Below are positions 25,915 to 38,230 of a DNA stretch of 64,000 bases, piece by piece. The position numbers were made by a program, and so were the translations under genes. Numbering within the stretch: the first letter of the stretch is position 1; every line of letters starts with the position of its first letter. The notes beneath the pieces were generated by a model. It was not told where the DNA came from. It ran no database searches and saw only the letters and a program-made list of their open reading frames with translations. Origin of the DNA: Malacoraja senta (taxonomy: Eukaryota); the NCBI GenBank assembly GCA_038087875.1, contig JAXLNO010004294.1, forward strand, positions 1-64,000, read 5' to 3'.

Positions 25915-26820
25915 TGAGATGAGCAAGATCTTCAATGAGTATTTCTCCCCTGTTTTTACTGTGGAGAAAGATTTGAAGATGAGGGAGCTTGCAACAGGAA
26001 ATGGAGATGTCTGGAGGACAGTCCGTGTTATGGCCGATGATGTGCTGGACATCCTAAGACATATGAAAGTAGATAATTCACCCAGACCTGATCAGATATA
26101 TCTGAGGACAATGTGGGGAGCTAGAGAAGAAATTGCAAGCGCCCTGACTGAGAGATATGAATCGTTGTTAGACATGGGTGAGGTGCTGGATAACTGGAGG
26201 GTGACAAATGTGGTGCATCTATTTAAGAAGAACTACAGGGCAAAACCTAGAAACTATAAATCAGTGAGCCTACAATCTGCGGTAGGTAAGTTACTGGAGA
26301 GGATTCAGAGAGAGAAGATAAATATGCATTTGAAGAGACAGGGGCTGGTCAGCGTGGTTTTGGACGTGGGACATCATGCCTCACCAATCTGATAGTTTTT
26401 AGAAAAAGTAACCAAGAAGGTTGATGATGATAAGGTCATAGACATTGTACATATGGTCTTTAGCAAGGCCTTTGATAAGTTTCTGCATGGTAGGCTGCCC
26501 TTCATGATTAGAGCTCATGGCATTCAGGGAGAAGCTGCCTAACCAATGAATTAGGTTCATGGAAGCATAGGGTGATAGTGGAAGTGCTTTTCACACTGGA
26601 GGCCTGTGAATAGAGGTGTCCCTCAGGGTTCAGTGCTGGGCCCATTGCTGATTGTGGCTTATATAAGCAACTTAGATGAAAATGTGTGGCATGATTAGAA
26701 ACTTTGCAGATGACATTGACCTAGTTGGTATCATAAACAGTGAACAAAGTTATCAAAAATTACAGCTGGATGTGATCAGTGAGACAAGTGGGCTGAAGAA
26801 TGGTTAATGGAGCTTCCAGG
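25915..26820 (+). mobile_element. CR1 LINE RT fragment (degenerate)
   Basis: ORF 25919..26392: NEYFSPVF...VDNSPRPDQIY...WRVTNVVHLFKK...NYKSVSL. Confidence 0.9.
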
Positions 26821-27039
26821 CCTGACCTACTGACACTGTTGATCATGCCACCATCGGCCCACAAAGCTTCCAGGCCATGTTTGCCTCCAACCTTTACCTG
26901 TACTCTAGCCACTCGTGGGCCCATTGACTCCGCCGATCCTCGCCTCTTCACCGGCCACCAGCCGGCCAAAGACATCAACACATGGTTTGCAAGCCCCTTT
27001 TCCGGCCTTGGGCCTCTACGCTGCTGGCCCCGACAATAT

Positions 27040-27345
27040 ACAGTAAAGCTCTCCGGGGTCCTTCCCCCCTGACTTCCTTCTGATACAGAACAGTCAGTCT
27101 TCAACTGAGGCCTTATCTTTGTATCCCTACGACCCCACCTCAACAAATTCAGGGCTCACCATGATGTAGAGATCTTCTTCAGTTGCCTCCGCCTCCAAGC
27201 CTTTTTCTACGGGAAGGAGTCCTCGCCTCCCGGTGAAAACACAGTCCTCCTTATCCTACAAACCCCATCCTCTTTGACCCCCTGTGCCAGCCTTCTACCC
27301 TCTCCCGACCTCTTTATTTCGAACTGCTGGCATGACATATCTCTA
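27040..27345 (+). mobile_element. Penelope-like element N-terminal ORF fragment
   Basis: Degenerate GLIFVSLRPHLNKFRAHHDVEIFF resembles the LSKGLxFVP region of Penelope ORFs. Confidence 0.55.
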
Positions 27346-28559
27346 AACCAAACTCAATTATGAATAAATGGTGATTCATTTCTAAGTCAGGATGGATCCC
27401 AGGTCAGGTTCCCACACATCTGCTGACCATGTTGTTCTTGTGGTTGAGATGTTGAGTTTGGAATGTTCTGATGGGCTAGACGACATGTATCTGCAGTGTG
27501 TTTTGTCGCTGGTTAAAGCTTGTGGTGCAGTGAATAAATGAGGAAATGAAATTGAGCATTGTGCAATCAACAGCAGACTCTCACTTTTGACTTTATAATG
27601 GAAGGAAGGTCACTAAAGTACCAGATCTTGATTATTGAGTACTCCACATCTTCCAGGCACCTAACATTGATTTCCCTTGATTGGGTTACTTGGATCTGCA
27701 TAAGGAATGGGAACAGCTTCAAACAATCTACTTGATTGTCGTTAATTAATTTTATTAATAATATCATAGAGTCATAGAGTGATACAGTTTGGAAACAGGT
27801 CCTTCGGCCCAACTCGCCCACACCGGCCAACAATGTCCCAGCTACACTGGTCCCACTTGCCTGCGATTGTCTAACTGTTTCTTAAAAGATAGATTAGTCC
27901 CAGCCTCAAGTCCCTCCTCTGGCAGCTTGTTCCATACACCTACCACCCTTTGTGTGAAAATGTTAACCCTCGGATTCCTATTAAATCTTTTTCCCCTTCA
28001 CCTTGAACCTATGTCCTCTGGTCCTCGATTCCCCTACTCTGGGCAAAGTCTCTGTGCATTGAATAACAGTTGATTGCGTTATCATTTCAATGTGTGCTGA
28101 TCTTTCAGGAAACTTTCCAAGTCAATCCATGTTCATCACACTCAGTCACTTTGAGGTAACATTGGCTGGGCAGGTTGTCCCTTATGGTAATCTTGATAAG
28201 GAATGTCTGGCCAAGTGTACAATGGCCAATTAATTCATGAAATCAGATTCAAGTTGGGGCCGTGGACCAGTGTCTGTTCCATGCAAGATTAATCCTGATA
28301 TTGTGAACTTTACACTAATACCAAATAATGTGGGCTAAACCCTGCCGCTCCAAACCAGTGCTGCCACCAAAGCAATAGGTTATAAGGTCAAGTTAAATCT
28401 CTACATTGTTTACAACTTTGGAGTTTTGATTTATGTAAAATGTTAGTGGAAATGTGGTAACTCTTGTGTATTGTCTCAATGTAATCTATATTTCCTGTAG
28501 TCTTGTACTAAAGTATGATTGTCCTTGTGTATTGTAAATGTTTGACAGAACTGTAGGGG

Positions 28560-29345
28560 CGTCAGGGCGGCGTCAGGGCTACGTCTTGTCACCCTGGTTA
28601 TTCTCACTCTACACAATTCAACTCGCATCCCAGTATAGTTCAGTTAAAATATATAAATACGCAGATGACACAACCATCATAGGTCTCATCTCTAACAACA
28701 ACAAAACAGAATACCGCACTCAAACAAACAAAGCAGTCACTTGGTGCACAGATAATAACCTCCTACTCAACACATCAAAAACACATGAACTTATCATTGA
28801 TCTCAGACGGAAGGCACAACCCAAGACCCCCCTACTCATCTCTGGCAAACCCATATCCACCACTGACTCATTCAAATTTCTTGGCACTCACATAAGCAAT
28901 AACCTCAAATGGAAAATCAATTCAGATCACATTTATAAAAAAGCCAACCAAAGACTTTTCTTTCTCCGTCAGCTCAAGAAGTTCAGAGTGAGGAAACATC
29001 TCCTAATCCGATTTTACACAGCCATCATCCAAAGCATGCTCACTTCATCAATAACAGTTTGGTACAGCAGTTTAGACATTCACCCGTAATAAACTGCAGC
29101 GCATTGTCAACAAAGCATCCAAAATCATCCAAAATCATCAGCACTTCCCTCCCATCAATAGATTCACTCAATCTCAAACGGTCCGTGTCAAGGGTGAAGA
29201 AAATCATTTCTGATCCCTCCCACCCAGCTCACCACATCTTCCACCTGCTGCCGTCAGGAAGGCGCTACAGCTCACTGCCCGCCAAAACATCACGATTTTA
29301 AAACAGTTTCTACCCATATGCAATTCGAACTCTGAACACTCTATG
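28560..29345 (+). mobile_element. Rex1/Babar-clade LINE, RT C-terminal fragment
   Basis: ORF 28538..29089 has QGYVLSPWLFSLYT...KYADDTTIIGLI...LNTSKTHELIIDLRR...KKANQRLFFLRQLKKF; 29059..29301 has PSHPAHHIFHLLPSGRRY. Confidence 0.92.
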
Positions 29346-29784
29346 ACAACATCACACAGCCACCTCGTGCATGTACTGTATACTGTATGTTGTTGTGTTT
29401 TATGTTATGTTTGATGGGAATCAGCCTAATCAGCCTATTGTGTAACATCCTGAACATGAATTCCACCAGCTTGACTGTGTGGTTATTAAATAATCTGAAT
29501 CTGAATCTGTATGCAAAAAGTAATTTCACTGAACCCAGGTATATGCGACAATAAAGTACCATTGAACCATTGAATCAATGCACCCACTGTCACTTGAATA
29601 CATAAGCAGGTTATAGACAAGAATTATTTAAAAATTCATTTGCCCAGGTTTATGCACAGGTATGAAGTATTAATAGTCTCAGTTCAGTTTAGTTTATTGT
29701 GAAACAGTGAAAGCTGTTTACAGTGAAAAGCTTTTGTTGTGTGCTAACCAGTCAGCAGAAAGTCAATACATGATTGTAATTGAT

Positions 29785-29948
29785 CTGAAGATAGACACAA
29801 AAAGCTGGAGTAACTCAGCAGGACAGGCAGCATCTCTGGAGAGAAGGAATGGGTGACGTTTCGGGTTGAGACCCTTCTTCAATTCTTCTCTCCAGAGATG
29901 CTGCCTGCCCCGCTGAGTTACTCCAGCTTTTTTTGTGTCTATCTTCAG
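29785..29948. repeat. Inverted pair of Penelope-derived terminal repeats
   Basis: Arms 29785-29848 and 29883-29948; about 35-nt loop. Confidence 0.85.
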
Positions 29949-30139
29949 TTTAAACCAGTATCTGCAGTTCCTTCGTACACATTACAATCGATCCATTTAC
30001 AATGTATCACAGCAACTGGAGAAAGAATCTCATCCTTTAATCCCATTTTTTTCCCTCAGTCCAACACACTGAACACAATGGAAATTAGCTGACTGACCGG
30101 AGATGTGTTCTCCATGACTTTGCACAACTCAAGCTGTGG

Positions 30140-31360
30140 AAGCTCTACAGAGCTGTAGATGTTGTGTACATGGATTTCAGAAAGGTATTCGAAAAGGCTC
30201 CGCATGGCAGGCTGCTCTGGAAGATTTGATCACATGAGATCCAAGGAGAGATAGCTGAATGGATAGCAAATGGCTCCATGGAAGGAAGCAGAGGGTGATG
30301 GTGGAAGGTTGCTTCACTGATTGGAGGCGTGTGACTAGTGGTGTGACTCAGGGTTCGGTGCTGGGCCCGTTACTGTTTGTCATCTACATAATTGATTTGG
30401 ATGATATAATGTGGGGCAAGATTAGCAAGGTTGCTGATGATACAAGGTTGCGGAGTGGTTTTGCAGATAGTGAAGATGGTTGTGAACGATTGCAGGTAGA
30501 CAATGGTTGTGAACGATTGCAGCAGGATCTGGATCGATTGGCCAGTGGGCTGAGGAATGGTTGATGGAATTTAATACAGAGAAGTGTGATGTGTTGCTTT
30601 TTGGGATGTCTAACACAGTAAATGGTCGGTCTCTGGGGAGTGTTGAGAGGAGAGGGATCTAGGAGTACGAGTGCAAGGTTCCTTAAAGGTCGAGTCACAG
30701 GTAGATAAGGTGGTCAAAAAGGCTTTTGGCACATCGGCCTTCATCAGTCAGAATAATGAGTACAGAAGTTGGGAGGTCATGTTGCAGTGGTATAAGACGT
30801 TGGTGAGACCGCATTTAGAATATTGTGTTCAGTTCTGGGCACCATGTTATAGGAAGTATATTGTCAAGCTTGAAACTGGTCCGAAAATATTTACAAGGAT
30901 GTTGCCAGGACTAGAGGGTGTGAGCTACAGGGAGAGGTTGAGTAGGCTGGGTCCCTATTCCTTGGAGCGCAGGAGGATGAGGGGTGATTTTGTAAGAGGT
31001 ATATGAGAGGAATAGTTCGGGTAGATGCACAGTCTTTTGCCCAGAGTAGGGGAATCGAGGACCAGATGACATAGTTGACATAGTTTCAAGGTCAATGGGA
31101 TAAGATTTAATAGGAATCCGAAGGGTAACGTTTTCACACAAAGTGTGGTGGGTGTATGGAACAAGCTCCCAGAGGAGGTAATTGAGGCTGGGACTATCCC
31201 CTCGTTTAAGAAACAGTTAGACATGTACATTAATATGACAGGTTTGGAGGGATATGGACCAAAGGCAGGCAGGTGGGACTAGTGTAGCTGGGACATGTTG
31301 GCCGGTGTGGATTAGTTGGGCCGAAGGGCCTGTTCCCAAACTGTATCACTCTATGACTCC
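30140..31360 (+). mobile_element. CR1 LINE 3' part (RT to tail)
   Basis: ORFs 30259..30564 ([14 protein letters not shown]...ADDT) and 30671..31006 (YKTLVRPHLEYCVQFWAP). The tail GGGCCGAAGGGCCTG is shared with the V-SINE 3' ends. Confidence 0.92.
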
Positions 31361-33509
31361 ATAACTAAAAGTCATGGAAGGAAGGAGATAATTTTCATTG
31401 GAGATGGGTTGTATGATGTGAAAGTGTTCATCGAATGTAAAATTTCTGTTTGCATTCGACTAGGTCAGTTTATCTTGGCATTACATTCGGCATATACATT
31501 GTGGGCCAAAGGGTGAGTTCCTGACCTGTAATATTCTGTATCTGATAGTCTACAAAGCACACATTCACCCTGCCTCTGTTCCTGTACCTCTTCTGACTGA
31601 TCTGTTGGGCTGAGACTCCAGCCCCAACCTCTTACACAATGTGAGACTTGTGGAATGACAAATACATTTCCATCACTTAGTGACTGGAGTACATCAGGCA
31701 CTGGGCCAAGTGTTTGCTGATAAACTGTCCACTATTGCCTGGGTTCTTGAGTGAACAAGGCACTCTTTCAATACCTTCTCAACTATCTAAAAGATCAAGT
31801 AACAGGGTGGAACGTAATTAATTCAATTTGAAGTTCATATTTATGTTATAAAATTAAATATGATAAATATAGATTAATTGCATAAATGTATCTGTCATTG
31901 ATAAACTTGATCTGTTCACACCATTTTGAATCACATGCCCCGTTCAAAAATTCCTCCATTCACACCATTCTGAATCACATACCCCATTCAAAAATGCCCC
32001 CACCAACACCATTCTGAAGCTTATACCCATTCAAAAAATTATCCATTCACACAATACTGATTCACATACCAAATGTGTAGGAAGGAACTGCAGATGCCAG
32101 TTTACACGGGAGAGAGACACAAAATGCTGGAGTAACTCACAGGCAGCATCTCTGGAGAGAAGGAATGGGTGACATTGTGGGTCGAGACCCTACTTCAGAC
32201 CAAGATGTGTTCAGATCCAATAGACTACTTTTAAATTCTGTGCATTCACATTTCCATCCAAATCCCACTGACTCACATTTCAGTCAACATCTCCATTCTC
32301 ATTGACATGCGATTTACACATAGGCCAGGATGATTTTTTCCCCAAAGGATCTCAACCCAAAACATCACCCATTCCTTCTATCCAGAGCTGCTGCCTGTGC
32401 CTCTGAGTTACTACAACATTTTGTGTCTATCTTCAGCTTAAACCAGCATCTGCAGTTCCTTTGTTTACATTAAGAATTCCTTGGACTTGTTTAGCATGGT
32501 TTGAACTCATTGTTTGAAAGCAGAATTCATTAACATTGTCCAATAGGGAGTGTGAGTATTTCTTGAAGTAAATGCCACAATTTGTTTGCTTTTCCTTGTG
32601 AAAGGCTGTGTTTGGTATTGGGTTTCCTGAATTCAACTGTAATCAATATCAGACTGACAGACAAAAAGCCTTGATCTCACCATTAACTATAGAGTAGCAT
32701 GCAGTCTAGTTCAGGCTAGGCTGTGATGTCTCCCAGTAAATGGAAATAGCTCTCAAACATACCATGTGCAAACTGATCCTCAAAGTTCGGTCGTGTGAGA
32801 AAGGTATTGTAGAGAGTGTGTCTACTTACAGCTAAAGCAGAACAAGAGGTCAGTGCACTTGTATCAGAGAAATTGATTAAAACATTTTTAAATAACCTAC
32901 GCCTTTCCAGAGAATGCCATCTTGTAACAAAAGGCCTGTTATCAATAGATTATGAGAGGTGGCTGTTGATTGAATTGAATTGAATACTTTATTGTCACAT
33001 GTGACAAGTCTCAGTGACATTCTTTGCTTGCACACACAAGGTATGGAAATATTTGCTCATAAAGGGCGTTTACAAAGTTACAAATCTCCATCCCCCACGC
33101 CGGGTCCTCCTTTGCTCCTTCCCTCAGCAGCGGCGTCCTCAATTCCACGAGTCCGTTCTCGTCCATTGGTCGGCGCCATCATCGACCGCCACACTGGCCT
33201 TTTCATTAACGCTGCCGGGTCCTCTCCGGACACCTTTGTGGCACTGACCCAAGCCCCCGCTGCGGGCTCCATCCACCCAGGCAAGAAGTAACTGTGAGTT
33301 GTGTGCAAAACATTTTTTTCATGCGGTGTCAGCCACAGCATATCTCCATTCTCAGAGAGCCACGGGTCAATATCCCACCAAAGAAACACCAGTGGAATCT
33401 AGTGCTATACGGGACGTTCTGCAGAGTTTGTGATGCAATTTTACAACCACATGTTAAAACAAAATACTACCAGGCCGGCACAATGGCACAACTGGCAGAG
33501 CTGCTCCCT

Positions 33510-34050
33510 CAGTGCTAGAGAATATTGTGAGCAATTTTGGGCACTATATCTGAGAAAGGATGTCCTGGCTCTGGAGAGGGTCCAGAGGAGGTTTACAACA
33601 ATGATCCCAGAAATGAGTAGATTAACCTATCATGAACATTTGTTAGCACTGGGTCTGTACTCTCTGGAGTTTAGAAGAATGAGGGGGGACCTCATTAAAA
33701 CCTACAGAATAGTGAATGGTTTGGATAGAGTGGATGTGGAGAGGATGTATCCACTAGTGAGAGAGTCTGGGACTGGAGGCCATAGCCTCAGATTTAAAGG
33801 ACGTTCTTTTAGGAAGATGAGGAGAAATTTCTTAAGGCAGAGGGTGGCAAATCCATGGAATTTGTTGCCACAGAAGGCTGTGGAGGCCGTCTGGATATTT
33901 TTAAGTCGAAGATAGATAGATTCTTGATTGGTACAAGTGTCCGAGGTTATGGGGAGAAGGCAGGAGAATTGGGGTGAGGAGGGAGAGATAGATCAGTAAT
34001 GATTGAATGGTGGAGTGAACTAGATGGGCCGAATGGCCTAATTCTACACC
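33510..34050 (+). mobile_element. CR1 LINE 3' fragment
   Basis: ORF 33430..33915: CEQFWALYLRKDVLALERVQRRFT...RGDLIKTY. Confidence 0.9.
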
Positions 34051-36815
34051 CATTCCTTATGACCTGGCCTTGATCCTGCCCTCAAGTACTGTCCGTGTGG
34101 AGTTTGCACCTTCCCCCTGTGACTGCGCTGGCTACCTCCAGGTGGTCCAGCTTCCTCGTACACCACATGCTGGCTTGTTGCTTAATTGGCCTCCGTGAAG
34201 TCAAAATGTGATGCATAAATGTGATCACTCTGAACTGGTGTGAACGGATGGTCAATGACTGGTGTGGATTCGCTGGGCTGAATGGACTGATATATATTTC
34301 AGCCCTCTAAAAAATAATCCCAAAACGTTATTTAAGGAATACAGGTTAATCCCAGAATCCTCATTGATATTTATCTTGCAGTTGATACCACCGAAGAACA
34401 CAGATCATCTGTCGCTCATCACATTTCCCTTTGAATGAAAATTGAAAGCAGTGTTTGAGAGTGTCAGCTGTGAGGACAGGTTGGACAAACTTAGATCATT
34501 TGCTCTTGTGGAGTTGGAATATGAGGGGGGTGGGGGACACCTGATGGAAGTATATATAATTATGAGAGACACAGAGTAGAGAGGAGTAAATCTTAAATGA
34601 TTTTTTACACAGAGAGTGGTGGGTGCTTGGAGCATGCTGTCAGAGGAAGTAGTGGAAACAGATATGATAGCAATGTTTAAAGGCATTTAAACAGGCATGT
34701 ATGTGGTACTGCTCTATGTTTTATGTTAACTAATAAATTGATTTTGACTGTCGCGCCACACAGTGGCTCTTTTATTTTTTATTTTTATTATTATCTTGTT
34801 TATCTATTTATACTCTGTTTATGGGCCTGTTAGGCTGCTGCATGTAATAATGTAATTGTTCTGTTGTTGGAACATTTAATTAGACATTTCATTAAAGAAA
34901 CTTTCTCTTGTCTCTCTTGGGTCGTGACATGTGAACAGAGAGGAAATGAAGGGGTGTGTGGAAAGGAACAGCAGATGCCGGTTTAAACCAAAGGTAGACA
35001 CAAAAATCTTGAGTAACTCAGCGGGAAAGGCAGCATCTCAGGAGAGAAGGACTGGGTGATGTTTTGGATCGATGCCCTTCTTCAGTCTGGATAGACAATG
35101 TGCAGGAAGATGGGATTAGTTTGTAAAGGCAACATAGCCAGCACAGACGTTGTGATGCTAGGGCTTATCCCTGTGTGATCCTGCTCAATGTTCTCTGTTT
35201 ATTCATTCAATAGTGTTTACATTTCAAGAAATACTCAGTGGTTCTAAATGTTTTTAAAATGTTGTGAAAGGTTTTACAAGAATGAATCTATATATTTTAC
35301 TTTTTTCTCCGTTTTTCATATTCTGATTTACATTGTAAAGAATCTCATTGTGTACGCACACAGAAACCAACCAAACAGTATCATACTTCAAGGCCAGAGT
35401 TTATGTTGCACTTGAACCTGCAAACACCCTTGTTGGTATAACTTTATCAGTGTAACCATCTGTTGGCTTGTTACTTATTTGTTTATCGAAGCAGCTTGCT
35501 GTTAAATAAAGGTGATATATTTACCACAGCTTCTCACTATGTAGCAGATCCTCCCCCCTTGTCAATCTTTTCCGAGAGTTTCCCTTCTTTATCTCTTTCC
35601 TTTGCTGCTACATTTTCCTTGATCTCCATTCCCTTTGTCCTGTTTTCACATCTTACACGTCCTTATCTATACACTTCCTTATCTATCGACCTCCCATTCC
35701 CCTGACATCAGCCTGAAGAAGGGTCTCGACCCAAAATGTCACCCATTCCTTCTCTTCCCGACGAGTTACTCCAGCATGTTGTGTCTATGTTCTGATTGGA
35801 TCTCTTGTTGTTTCCTTGCATTCTTATTTTGATTGTCATTAAAGTTGTTGGCGTTGCCTGTACTGGATCCCACCCCTGGCCCAAGACAAGCAACAAGACA
35901 CAATGACATAAAAGTTAACATAAACATCCACCACGGCAGATTCCCACATTACTCACTGTGATGGAAGGTAACAAAGTCCAATCTTCTTTCTTTTTATTCT
36001 CCCGCAGTCGGGGCAGTTGAAGCACCTGTGTCAGGGCGATAGAAGCTCCTGTGTTGGGGTGGTCAAAGCATCTGCGGCTTGGAGCTCCCGAGGTCGGTCT
36101 CTGACCAGAGACCGCGAGCTCCGTGATGTTAAGTCCGCAAGCACCCACAGTTGGAGCTCCGAGGTCGATCCCTGGCAAAGAGATTGTGAGCTGCGTGATG
36201 GTAACTCCGCAGGCTCCCGTGGTGGAGCTGTCAAAAGTCGGCCTCCACCAAAGGACGGCAACTCCTGGATGTTAGGCTGCAGTGCGGACCGAGATACGAT
36301 ACAGAAAAAAATCGCATCTCCATCGAGGTAAGATATTAGAAAAGGTTTCCCCCAACCCCACACCCCACCCCACGTAAAACAAGCTAAAGAACACTAAAAA
36401 CATACATTTAACACATGGGTCAGCATCCTTGTTCTGCATAGGAGCCAGGACCCATGTCTGTGAGTGGATGGAGGGCCACATCTGTCACCATAGTTAATAA
36501 TTAATTAATTATAGTTTTAAAAAATCGTAACAAAAAGACAATTACCCCCGGGACAAATACGACTAAAGTGCAACACTGTGGCCGGAGCGGAATTGCTCAC
36601 CGACCTCGCTGATGCTTTGTTTTCCTCCAGCCCGTCCACCGCTGGGCTCCCGAAGAAACCGCTCCAGCACAGCGTTGTCGAAGTCGCTCTCATCCCGCTG
36701 CAGTTTCACACAAGCCGCAGCACCGAGGTGGGGGGGGGGGGGGGGCGCTTTCACTTCGGGTGGTCGGGAGGATGGAAGAGGGGGTGGAAGGGTAGGGACG
36801 GGGAGAAAGATTTAA

Positions 36816-37129
36816 GGGCCTGTCCCACTGTACGAGGTAATTCAAGAGCTCTCCCGAGTTAAAAAAAAATCAAACTCGTGGTAAGTACGTAGAATGTACG
36901 TAGCGGGTACGTCGGAGCTCGGGACCTCTCTTAGTGGCTCGTAATGCTAACGGCATGTACTCAGGAAACGCGGTAAGCTCGTGAAGACTCGTGAAGATTT
37001 TTAAACGTGTTGAAAAATGTCCACGAGAGCCCCGAGTACCTACGAGCGGCTATTACTGTAATTCTCCGAGTTCGAATCATGGGAAACTCGGGAGAACTCT
37101 TGAATTAGCTCGTACAGTGGGACAGGCCC
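36816..37129. mobile_element. PIF/Harbinger-like MITE, copy B (opposite orientation)
   Basis: GGGCCTGTCCCAC...GTGGGACAGGCCC termini; left flank TAA. Confidence 0.8.
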
Positions 37130-37161
37130 TTGAGTCGACAGGTATTGTGATATGGAATTGG

Positions 37162-37194
<33 letters not shown>

Positions 37195-37904
37195 AACTAC
37201 TCTCGGATAAGTGTTGTGTGTGTTTTGTGTTACGCCTGCGTGCCGGATGATTTCGAGTTACAGACCGGATCTGGGCCGTAGGTTGCCAACCCCTGATTTA
37301 ACACAAACTGTTAAAACACAAAGAAGGAAGGGACAGACAGACTGTTGGCGAGACAGCCATTGCTGGCGCCACCCAGTGGTTGGGTTGGTTAGTTAGTTTG
37401 CAGGCGCCACCAACATTGATGGAGTTGCGAACAGTGAAGAAGGCTGCCCAAGTGTACAATGGGAAATACATCAGATACAGAAATGGGCAGAAAATTGCAA
37501 ATGGAGTTCATTTTGAGCAAGTATGTTACACTTTGAGTGGTCGAATGTAAAGGAAAAGTATACAGTTATTGGCAAGACCCTTAACAGCATTAATCTACAG
37601 AGAGATCTTGGGGTTGAATCTTGGGTTTCTAGAGACAGGAAGTCATAATACAGTTTTATAGGGCTGGGTAGTCCACATTTGGAGTATTATGTGTAGTTTT
37701 TGTTGACCCATTACATAAAGGATGTAGAGGCATTGGAAAGGGTGCAGAGGTTTACAAGAATGATGCCTCAACTAGGGTGTGTTGGCTACATGAAACATAT
37801 GGACAGACATGGATTGCTTCCGCTACAATGCCGGAGTTTGATGGGACACCGGATAGAAGTACATAAAACTATGAGAGGTATAGATAGGATAGATAGTCAG
37901 AACA

Positions 37905-38230
37905 GGGGCAGTCACTGTGGCGCAGCGGTAGAGTTGCTGCTTTACAGCGCTTGCAGCGTGGGAGACCCAGGTTCGATCCCGACCACGGGTGCAGTACGTG
38001 TGGAGTTTGTACGTTCTCTCCATGACAGCATGGGTTTTCTCCGAGATCTTCGGTTTCCTCCCACACTCCAAAGATGTACAGGTATGTAGATTAATTGGCT
38101 TGGTGTATGTGTAAATCGTCCCGAGTGTGTGTAGGATAGTGCTAATGCCCAGGGATCACTAGTCGGTGCGGACTCGGTGGGCCGAAGGGCCTGTTTCCAC
38201 GCTGTATCTCTAAACTAAAATAAACTAAAC
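37905..38230 (+). mobile_element. HE1-type V-SINE
   Basis: Full-length copy with (CTAAA)n tail. Confidence 0.88.

Noticed and set aside
28109-28155. 47-nt AG/GT-bounded segment on + (tctttcag...GAG|gtaac)
   Set aside because: No recognisable protein in any frame and no supporting neighbouring exons; such pairs occur by chance.
31464-31512. 49-nt AG/GT-bounded segment on + (one frame SVYLGITFGIYIVGQR, donor gtgagt)
   Set aside because: Good splice signals but no homology I recognise and no gene context; needs RNA-seq.
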